DNA of 64,000 nucleotides, from NCBI GenBank assembly GCA_965219995.1, contig CBDCOX010000002.1, forward strand, positions 1,632,001 to 1,696,000, in the 5' to 3' direction. Numbering within the stretch: position 1 is the first letter of the stretch; each line of letters begins with the position of its first letter. Source of the stretch: Candidatus Latescibacterota bacterium (GTDB taxonomy: Bacteria > Latescibacterota > UBA2968 > GCA-2709665). Shown here piece after piece: positions 56,619-64,000 of this stretch. The notes beneath the pieces were generated by a model that had not been told where the DNA came from, ran no database searches, and saw only the letters and a list, made by a program, of their open reading frames with translations. The translations under genes were made by a program, and so were the position numbers.

Positions 56619-57221
56619 TTACGACACACTCAGGCCAAAGACCGTGAGAACGGCCGCCTTGGCGAAATTCAACAGCAGGATCAACAGAATCGGCGACAGA
56701 TCGAACATCCCCAGCGGCGGAATCAGGCGCCGGAAAGGGGCCATCACGGGCTCAGTCAGCGCATACAGCGACCAGATCAACCGCCCGTTTCGCAGAAAGG
56801 GCATCCAGGAAACAATGATGCGAGCGAGGATCAACACAAGATAGACCGAAATCGCCCCGTAAAAGAGCCAGCCGATGACCTGAAGAAACGCCACGTTCAA
56901 TAGTGCCCTGACCACGCCTTCCAACGCCAGAAGCACGTCGTTGCTGACCCACTTCAGAAAAAACGCGGCCAACAACGTTGCAAGAATCACGAACAACGGC
57001 GCAATGCCCAGACTGTTGGGCGCGGGCAGACTTTGCGCAACCGGCCAGATCATCGGATCGGTCCATTCCCGGACGACCTGGGCCAGCCGGCCAAAGGGCT
57101 GCACCCTGAACAGGACCCATCGCAGAACCATCAGAACAACCACAGCCACAACCGCCGCAAAAGCCACGAAATCGACGGCCGCGCGCATATAGTCGATTAC
57201 CTGAAGCAAAACGTATAACAT
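56619..57221 (-). CDS. yggT: YggT family membrane protein (two repeats)
   Basis: TDPMIWP and TEPVMAPFRRLIPPLGMFDLSP motifs. Confidence 0.85.
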   Translation of the reverse strand: MLYVLLQVIDYMRAAVDFVAFAAVVAVVVLMVLRWVLFRVQPFGRLAQVVREWTDPMIWPVAQSLPAPNSLGIAPLFVILATLLAAFFLKWVSNDVLLALEGVVRALLNVAFLQVIGWLFYGAISVYLVLILARIIVSWMPFLRNGRLIWSLYALTEPVMAPFRRLIPPLGMFDLSPILLILLLNFAKAAVLTVFGLSVS

Positions 57222-57314
57222 AGCTGCCCTTCGCTGAACCCTGCAGACGCGGAATGTCGCGCCCGTCCGGCGGCGGGACGCAGCGGCTTCATCGAAAAGC
57301 GTCCTGCCCCCGCG

Positions 57315-58004
57315 TCATCGCCTCGAGCCGAAGATCGCCGACCCGATTCGTACCATTGTGGCGCCTTCCTCGATTGCCACCTCAAAGTCCCCCGTCATCC
57401 CCATGGAAAGGTGTGCCATCGACACGCCGGGCAACCCCGCCGCCGCGACCGTCTCGCTCAGTTGACGCAACTGGACGAAACTTGGCCGCACCGCCTCCGG
57501 ATCCGGCAGAAACCGGCCGATCGTCATCAACCCCTCCACACCCAAGCCCTGTACTTCCGAAATACGCCCGACCAGATCGACGGTGGCGTCGGGTTCGGAT
57601 CCGAATTGCGAGTGCGCCCCCGACGTATTCACCTGAACGAGCGTCCGCGCGGAAATCCCTGCCTGCACGGCTCGTTTCCCGATCTCCTTTGCCAATCGAA
57701 GACTGTCCACCGAGTGAACCATTTCGAACATGCGGAGGGCGCTCTTCACCTTGTTCCGCTGCAAATGTCCCACGAGGTGCCATTCCACGGCATCCGTTAC
57801 GCTGCCAACCTTCGTCTCGGCCTCCTGTACGCGGTTCTCGCCCAGCACGCGGATCCCGGCCTGCACGGCTTCCCCGACAGCCTCGACGGGCTTCGACTTT
57901 GAGACCGCGACAAGGGTCACGTCGTGCGCCTGCCGCCCCGTTCGCTCCGCGGCGCGGGCGATGCGTTCCCGGACCCGTTTCAGATTCTCGGAAATCGATT
58001 CCAT
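57315..58004 (-). CDS. yggS: YggS/PROSC PLP-homeostasis protein
   Basis: [28 protein letters not shown] and RIGSAIFG motifs. Confidence 0.95.
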   Translation of the reverse strand: MESISENLKRVRERIARAAERTGRQAHDVTLVAVSKSKPVEAVGEAVQAGIRVLGENRVQEAETKVGSVTDAVEWHLVGHLQRNKVKSALRMFEMVHSVDSLRLAKEIGKRAVQAGISARTLVQVNTSGAHSQFGSEPDATVDLVGRISEVQGLGVEGLMTIGRFLPDPEAVRPSFVQLRQLSETVAAAGLPGVSMAHLSMGMTGDFEVAIEEGATMVRIGSAIFGSRR

Positions 58005-58165
58005 TGGCGCTGCGCCCTGGCGAAATAGGGTGAATCGCGGTTCCGATACAGAATGACAAATTTACAAAAAGACAACCGTTTTGGCAACCTATTCGCAGAC
58101 CCGGAATACCGGAATTCGACCATCGGCTTTGCCAGCAAACTCCCGAATAACGAAAAACAGGCGGA

Positions 58166-60805
58166 TTACGCGGAAGATCCCACAAAGCCGCCGGTTCCCG
58201 GTCCGCGTCCGGACGGGTCTGCCGGATCCGGCGATACCGGAGACCCGCTTCCCTCGTCGTGGATTTCGACGACACCAAGGCTGCCATCCACCGTAATCCG
58301 GTCTCCCGTACGGATTCGCCGCGTTGCGCCCGATACCCCCACCACTGCCGGCACCCGGTACTCCCGGGCGATCACCGAACTGTGGTTCAGCACGCCGCCG
58401 ATTTCCGTCACCACCGCGCTTGCACGCCGGAAGAGCGGGGTCCATCCCGGGTCGGTACCGGGTGCGACCAGCACCTCCCCCTGCGCCAGCGCCTCGAACT
58501 CCTCGGGGCCGCGTATCAGCCGGGCGATTCCGGTCGCCGTACCCGGGCTCGTGCCAACGCCTTCAAGTCTGCTCGCATCGGGGTCTCCCCCCGGAATCGG
58601 GTTCTCGCCGCGACCTTCAATCCAGAAGAAATACGGCTGCCGGCGACGCGCACGTTCGAAATCGGCGATCCGTCGATCGACTTCATCCTCGCTTGCGACG
58701 GAGCCGCTCCTGAACGCATTCTCGACTTCGCCACACGACAGAAAAAACACCTCATCCCTCCGCCGCAGCAGCCCGCGGGATACGAGATGGTCCCCCAGTT
58801 TCAGATAGACCGCTCTGTATCCGGCAAACAACCTGTCCAGGCGGAATCTCAACTCTTCACGCAGTCCGAGATAGATTCTGGCGTATTTCAACACCCGTCT
58901 AAATACCGTGGTCCGCGCCCATCGCCACGGCGAATCGGACAGACGTTTCAATACCTTCGCTTCCGCGGACCGCACCACTTCCCGTGGCTTCTTCCCGCCC
59001 GGCACAGGTCCGGTGCAAATGTTCTGACGTAGCATCTGCACAACAGTCTCAGGGCGTTCACGCCAGCGTTCAAACGTAAAATCCCGATTCGCAGAGCGAA
59101 CTCCGTACGCGTCGATAAACGCGTTGAACCCGGATGCAAATTCGCCATGGCCCGCCTGAAGGCATTCGAGAAACGAAGCGTCGGTCCCGGTCTCCAGCGT
59201 CCGCCGAAGCACGGCATTGCTCCTTGCCTCATCCGACAATTTTCCCAGTGCGGCATTGACGTCGGACGTCGTATTGCGTTCAGGCAACAGCAGCAGATCC
59301 TTGAATGTGGCCATATCGAGATCCGCCCAGCGGACCAGCATCGCGCGCAAAGCCCAGATGCAGTTCATCGCATACGCGTAACTCCACTGGTTGACGTCCC
59401 TCTGCTGACGCACGGCGAGTTCCGTCAGACGACTCGCCGCCAGAAGCAGGACGTCCGGGTCCCGCGCCGAGGAAATCTGGCTTTCAATGGAACGTATCCG
59501 CCGGTTGAATACCGGGAAAAACGCCTGCCTGACCCTTCGGTGATTGCTGTGAATCAGACCGTACGGTTCGGTCATCAGGAGGCCCGGCAGACGCAGCAGC
59601 GCAGGGACGATCCCCATCCAGGTCCGGCGCGCGCATGCCACCTCCCGCCGTAGTTTTCGCGGCAGAATAGCCAGCGCATCGTCCATCAGCAGTTTCGCGG
59701 GAACCAGTTTGAGCGCTTGCGCAACGGCATTCGCGTTCACGTACATGTAGGAATCGATCACCTTCATCATATCGTCGCGTACCAGCGCCCCGAGTCCGAG
59801 GCGCCGCGCGGGCCCCTGAAACGTGTACGCGTGGCTCAGGTTGTCCGCAATGACGGACGCCGTCATCGGAGAGAGGGCCTCGGACCAGACGTCGTCGCAG
59901 ATCCCCCGGGACCAGGCGCCGTGCGGCCTGGATACGCTCGTCGTAATCGGTCGCGTTTGCAGGAGGTAAAGCCGGCCGCGGGAAAACGCCCATTCGACGT
60001 CCTGGGGCCGCCCGTCGAAAAACGACTCGATCTCGCAGCCCCGCCGCCACAACGTTTGCAGCTCGCGCGGAGAAAGCGCTTCCTCGTCCCGCAGCCCCTC
60101 GGGCATGGGTTCAGGCCGGCGGCCACCCGGTCGCAGGCGCCACAGCTTGTGCGCGATCCGCTTCTCCACGACCCGGCCCGTATTTCGGTCCAGCACGTAA
60201 GAATCGGGGGAAACCTCGCCCCCGACAACGGTCTCGCCGAGACCCCAGTTGGCCTCCACAAAAAGACCCGGCGCGCCTGAGGCCACCGGGTTCCGTGTAA
60301 AAAGGATGCCTGATTTTTCGGCCTCGACCATCTCCTGTACGACAACCGCAATGCGCGGAACCAGACCGGGCGCGTAGATTCGCAACCGTTCGTTCCACGC
60401 CGACGCCCAGCACAGACGGACGTGCTCGAGTACAGACGCGACATCCGTCAGGTTCAGATAGGTTTCGAACTGTCCGGCAAAGGCGAACGCACTGCCGTCC
60501 TCGGACGCACCGGACGAACGGACGGCCACGGGTCTGGCGCCCGCGTCCATCTGAGATTCGAACGAGCATCGGATGGCTGTTTCGACTTCGGACGGGAACG
60601 AACCCCGGGCAACGGTCTCCCCGGTCGCGCCGGCCGGATCCAGGCCATTGTGTTCCAGAAACCGGACACAGGCGTCCGCCGTCACGCAAAATCCGTCCGG
60701 AACGCGGAATCCGCCCGCGAGCAGACGACCCAGATTTCGCGCCTTCCCACCGACCTGCTCCAATGAAGCCCCGCACGCCTGAGCGAGTTCAACGACCATT
60801 TCCAT
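58166..60805 (-). CDS. PEP-synthase/rifampicin-phosphotransferase-like enzyme (ATP-grasp, central and C-terminal His-swivel domains)
   Basis: VGGKA, VAVRSS..EDG...FAGQ, QDVEWA, LQTRPIT, TDPGWTP and GGVLNHSSVIAREY motifs. Confidence 0.85.
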   Translation of the reverse strand: MEMVVELAQACGASLEQVGGKARNLGRLLAGGFRVPDGFCVTADACVRFLEHNGLDPAGATGETVARGSFPSEVETAIRCSFESQMDAGARPVAVRSSGASEDGSAFAFAGQFETYLNLTDVASVLEHVRLCWASAWNERLRIYAPGLVPRIAVVVQEMVEAEKSGILFTRNPVASGAPGLFVEANWGLGETVVGGEVSPDSYVLDRNTGRVVEKRIAHKLWRLRPGGRRPEPMPEGLRDEEALSPRELQTLWRRGCEIESFFDGRPQDVEWAFSRGRLYLLQTRPITTSVSRPHGAWSRGICDDVWSEALSPMTASVIADNLSHAYTFQGPARRLGLGALVRDDMMKVIDSYMYVNANAVAQALKLVPAKLLMDDALAILPRKLRREVACARRTWMGIVPALLRLPGLLMTEPYGLIHSNHRRVRQAFFPVFNRRIRSIESQISSARDPDVLLLAASRLTELAVRQQRDVNQWSYAYAMNCIWALRAMLVRWADLDMATFKDLLLLPERNTTSDVNAALGKLSDEARSNAVLRRTLETGTDASFLECLQAGHGEFASGFNAFIDAYGVRSANRDFTFERWRERPETVVQMLRQNICTGPVPGGKKPREVVRSAEAKVLKRLSDSPWRWARTTVFRRVLKYARIYLGLREELRFRLDRLFAGYRAVYLKLGDHLVSRGLLRRRDEVFFLSCGEVENAFRSGSVASEDEVDRRIADFERARRRQPYFFWIEGRGENPIPGGDPDASRLEGVGTSPGTATGIARLIRGPEEFEALAQGEVLVAPGTDPGWTPLFRRASAVVTEIGGVLNHSSVIAREYRVPAVVGVSGATRRIRTGDRITVDGSLGVVEIHDEGSGSPVSPDPADPSGRGPGTGGFVGSSA

Positions 60806-60807
60806 AG

Positions 60808-61797
60808 CTATCGGTCCGTCCGGAGCGCCTGCAGGAAACCGTGCATCTGCCCGACGCAGAACGCGATATAGGCCCGCCCTTCCTCGTCGCCGGCAAGTTC
60901 CATGATGTGGTCGTAGTCGATGGCGCCGTCAAAGCCCACGTCGTGCAGCGCGCGAACCACCTGGAACATATTCAGGTCTCCCGTATCCGGAATCACCTCC
61001 TCGTATCCTCCGGTTTCCGGAATTGTCCCCCGTACGTTCCGAAAGTGGACGTGGAAGATCTTCCCCTGCCCGCCAAATCGCCGGATTCCCTCGAACACGT
61101 CCTCGCCGGATTCGTACCGCGTCCCAACGCAGAACGTCATCCCGTTTGCCGGCGAGGGCACTTCCGAAAACAACCGGTCGAACGCCTCGAAATCGAACAG
61201 GACCTGCGGCACTCCGTAGAGGCTTGGCACAGGAGGGTCGTTCCCGTGCATGGCGACCCGTGTGCCGGCCGCTTCCGCGACCGGTACCGCCGCACGAAAA
61301 ACCTTCAGGGTTCGTTCCCAGAGTTCTTCGTGCGTCGGGGCGCCTTCCGGCGCCGGTTTGTTCAACGCGTCGGTTAAATCGACTTTCAGATGCCGATAGC
61401 CGCCGCGTCCTTCGACCCATTGGTAGACGCCCCGCGGCGTCCCGCCGAACTGAGCCGCCTGAAAACACTGGATCCCCACGACGGGAAACCCGAGCTCCCC
61501 GCAGAGCGCGACGTTGGCCACAAGCCGGTCCAGCTCCGCTCCTGCATCCGCCTCATCCAGGAAAATTGCGCGCATATAGTTGTTGGTTGAATTCGCCCGC
61601 TCGATCTTCAGGCCGGCACCGTCCACCACCTCCACCACCCGCTCCACGCTCTCGCGGCACAGCCTTCCGGACTCCCTGTAGCCCGGAAAAATATCCAGCG
61701 TCACATCCACCACGTCCACGCCGATCTGCTTCAGGAACCGCAAGTCCTCCGGCCGGTCCAGCCAGCCCGGATCGATCCGCGTTCCAATCTTGATCAC
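60808..61797 (-). CDS. uxuA: Mannonate dehydratase (UxuA) family protein
   Basis: AMHGNDPP, PSPANGMTFCVG, HVHFRNV and DYDH motifs. Confidence 0.78.
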   Translation of the reverse strand: MIKIGTRIDPGWLDRPEDLRFLKQIGVDVVDVTLDIFPGYRESGRLCRESVERVVEVVDGAGLKIERANSTNNYMRAIFLDEADAGAELDRLVANVALCGELGFPVVGIQCFQAAQFGGTPRGVYQWVEGRGGYRHLKVDLTDALNKPAPEGAPTHEELWERTLKVFRAAVPVAEAAGTRVAMHGNDPPVPSLYGVPQVLFDFEAFDRLFSEVPSPANGMTFCVGTRYESGEDVFEGIRRFGGQGKIFHVHFRNVRGTIPETGGYEEVIPDTGDLNMFQVVRALHDVGFDGAIDYDHIMELAGDEEGRAYIAFCVGQMHGFLQALRTDR

Positions 61798-61885
61798 GAG
61801 ACACCTCTCAGGAAGACAATTTCGTTTTCACAAGTTCATGCCCTGGACTATATTGCCTGCGTTCTGAAGATCGCCGACAGCCTGC

Positions 61886-62839
61886 TTGCCGGGGAGCCTG
61901 CCGGAGATGTATTCCGACGACTTTAAAAATCGACTTAAACACACCCATGCGTTCGTGGTCACGCCGTTCGAAAGGCAAGACCGCGGTCGACTTGCCGTCG
62001 ACGCCCTTGAACGGAACCTGGGTTTTCTGATCGAGCACGGCGTAAAGGTACTGAACCTCGGAGGGGGCACCGGGGAGGTCAACGCCCTCTCCGGAGCCGA
62101 ACTCCTGGCGATGACCCGGGAAACCTTCGACATCGCGGGGTCGGGCCCGCTGGTCATTCCCACCCTGCCGGACAACCTGGGCGCCGCTCTGGAACTCGCG
62201 CCGGTCTACGAACGCATGGGCGCCCGGGTCGCGCTGGGCATGGCGCCCTATATTCGCAATGAAACGCCCGACGACCTGGAGGGTGTTTTCAACCACTACC
62301 GGATCCTGGCGCGCGCGTCCGGTCTCGCGTTAATGCCCTATAACACGCAGGCCTGGCCCGCAAGGTTCTTCCTCAGGCTCGCAGAGATCGACCGGATTGT
62401 CGGAATCAAGGATCCGTGCCGGGCGCCGCACAATCTGTTCGCCGCGATTCAGATCCTGGGCGACCGCTTTGTCTGGATCGGCAACAAGCGGCATGATCCG
62501 GGCGTGCTGCACCTGCGCTTCCAGATGGGCATCGACGGCTTCTCCGCCGGCTTCGTCAACTTCGCGCCGCAATACGAACTCGAACTCTTCGACCTGGCCT
62601 GTAAGAAAAACTGGGCGGCCATGGTCTCCCTTCAGCGTCGGCTGGCCCCGCTTGAACGGCTGAGAGCCAGGTACGGCGACGTTGCGATGATCAAAGCCGG
62701 CATGGACCTGGCCGGTCTGCACGGCGGACCCGTCCGGCCGCCTCGCGTCGACGTTCACGTCGCGGGTCGCGCGGAAATCCGCGCCGCGCTCACGGAACTC
62801 GGCGCCAAAACGACCGGCGCATCATCCGAAGCGGGCTAA
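61886..62839 (+). CDS. Dihydrodipicolinate synthase (DapA)-family aldolase/dehydratase
   Basis: VTPF, GGTGE, MPYN, VGIKD and RPP motifs. Start uncertain. Confidence 0.82.
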   Translation: MPGSLPEMYSDDFKNRLKHTHAFVVTPFERQDRGRLAVDALERNLGFLIEHGVKVLNLGGGTGEVNALSGAELLAMTRETFDIAGSGPLVIPTLPDNLGAALELAPVYERMGARVALGMAPYIRNETPDDLEGVFNHYRILARASGLALMPYNTQAWPARFFLRLAEIDRIVGIKDPCRAPHNLFAAIQILGDRFVWIGNKRHDPGVLHLRFQMGIDGFSAGFVNFAPQYELELFDLACKKNWAAMVSLQRRLAPLERLRARYGDVAMIKAGMDLAGLHGGPVRPPRVDVHVAGRAEIRAALTELGAKTTGASSEAG

Positions 62840-62873
62840 CCACAGCAGACCGCGCACACGGTCTGTCGACGGT

Positions 62874-63998
62874 TCAACGCCCTTCGGAAATGACGGGTGC
62901 CGCATTGAAGTACGACGCGTCGCCGAACCAGGGAAACATGCCGAAACCCGCATCCAGGTCCCGCTGCTCCCATACAAGCCCGGTTTCGCAATAGCTCAGC
63001 GAGCCGTGGGCGGGTGGTGAAAACTCCGGACGTCCCAGCAGGTCGCTTCGGAACCAGACGCTCCGATGCCCGAAACACACGCCCCTCTCCAGGTTCTCCC
63101 GAACGAATTCAACCATATGCGGAAACGTCCGCTGGTACTCCGCCCCCCGGCCGTATTCAATGTGAGCCTTCAGACTCTCGCCCGCAGCCTGGACCTCGCG
63201 CATGGACATGGGGGCTCCGCCATTTACGAACAGCGCATCGGCATTCGGATCCACCACCGCCCATTTGCCGTACTCGTCGAACCAGACCTCCGCCACGAAA
63301 TGCCCGTTGAATCCGTTCACCGCTTCGGTGAGAACGGCGCATCTGGCCGGAATGCCCGCCGCCTGGGCGCAGCTTACGAAAGCAGCCGCATAATGAACGC
63401 ACATCGCCACGGGCCGCTTTCCATTGTGTCCCTCCTGCCGCGGCGCCCATGCGAGGAGGGTTTCCGCGTCCCACGGGGCATATTGGCCGGCCCTGAGCGA
63501 ATTGGTATGCTCCCAGCTGGACGCCAGCCAGGCCGATAGCGCACGGACCCGGTTGATCAGCGGGCCCTGGTCTCGCGCGACCGGCGGCAGCAAACGCCTC
63601 AACGACACCAGCCGCGGCGACTCCGCGACCTCCCATGCCATGGCGGGAGGCTGCGGATCCTCTCCCTCCTCGAGCCGTGCCCGGACGACGTACTCACCCA
63701 GAACCGAGTTGAGGTAGCCCATTCGATCGCTCCGCCAGGTCCCGCCGCCGTCGTCGCTGACCGCGCTGTCCGGCTCCGCGTGACCCGCTTCCATCGCGAG
63801 CGACCATCCGTCCATCGCCGTACCATCGGTCCAGAGTTCGAAGGTGTTGGCACCGGCTCTCAATCCCGCCACCGACAGCTCATACCAGGAATACGCACCG
63901 GGCCTGTCGGGCTCGAGCGCCGCCACCTCGGCGCCGTTCAGGGCCACCCGAAGCGGCGCGTCGTTATCGGGATAGGGCCGGGCGAGGATGTAGACCCG
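62874..63998 (-). CDS. Transglutaminase-like protein (5' end outside the window)
   Basis: AMCVHYA, GHFVAEVW and VVDP (Cys-His-Asp triad). The frame stays open to the window edge. Confidence 0.75.
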   Translation of the reverse strand, partial: RVYILARPYPDNDAPLRVALNGAEVAALEPDRPGAYSWYELSVAGLRAGANTFELWTDGTAMDGWSLAMEAGHAEPDSAVSDDGGGTWRSDRMGYLNSVLGEYVVRARLEEGEDPQPPAMAWEVAESPRLVSLRRLLPPVARDQGPLINRVRALSAWLASSWEHTNSLRAGQYAPWDAETLLAWAPRQEGHNGKRPVAMCVHYAAAFVSCAQAAGIPARCAVLTEAVNGFNGHFVAEVWFDEYGKWAVVDPNADALFVNGGAPMSMREVQAAGESLKAHIEYGRGAEYQRTFPHMVEFVRENLERGVCFGHRSVWFRSDLLGRPEFSPPAHGSLSYCETGLVWEQRDLDAGFGMFPWFGDASYFNAAPVISEGR

Positions 63999-64000
63999 CC

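Noticed and set aside
58166-60805. Rifampicin resistance gene call
   Set aside because: Domain order alone is insufficient, and substrate-pocket similarity cannot be judged by eye.

Overview
The window has two contrasting halves. (1) ~1-26.7 kb is an accessory region of mostly unrelated minus-strand genes (methyltransferases, phosphotransferases, NUDIX, VOC, ankyrin and sigma-ankyrin proteins, a PIN toxin-antitoxin pair, glycoside hydrolase-like proteins). Many are separated by attC-like palindromes, and four units have complementary termini as expected of integron gene cassettes. Two copies of an attI-like sequence are present, but no integrase is visible, so this reads as a decaying integrase-less cassette array (CALIN-like). 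It also carries an IS21 remnant, MITE-like repeats and a 488-bp duplication. (2) ~27-64 kb looks like core chromosome: a family-B DNA polymerase, then a ~17.6-kb respiratory locus (Rieske / b6-type cytochrome b / subunit IV / octaheme cytochrome c, a cupredoxin-like protein, A1-type cytochrome c oxidase, CtaA/CtaB, ABC transporter, SCO, HEAT protein, divergent 2[4Fe-4S] ferredoxin), then yggS-yggT-mtnP-NUDIX-ileS-DksA-like-lspA-rluD and sugar-acid genes. The most striking signal is a ~27-aa peptide (DLxxxDxIxDRVARA[K/R]AKAExxR) present twice at the cytoplasmic N-terminus of the Rieske protein and once at the N-terminus of the neighbouring ferredoxin. This suggests a docking module that could tether a ferredoxin to a heme-ci-type Rieske/cytb complex. 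All calls come from reading motifs by eye; no database searches or folding were run.
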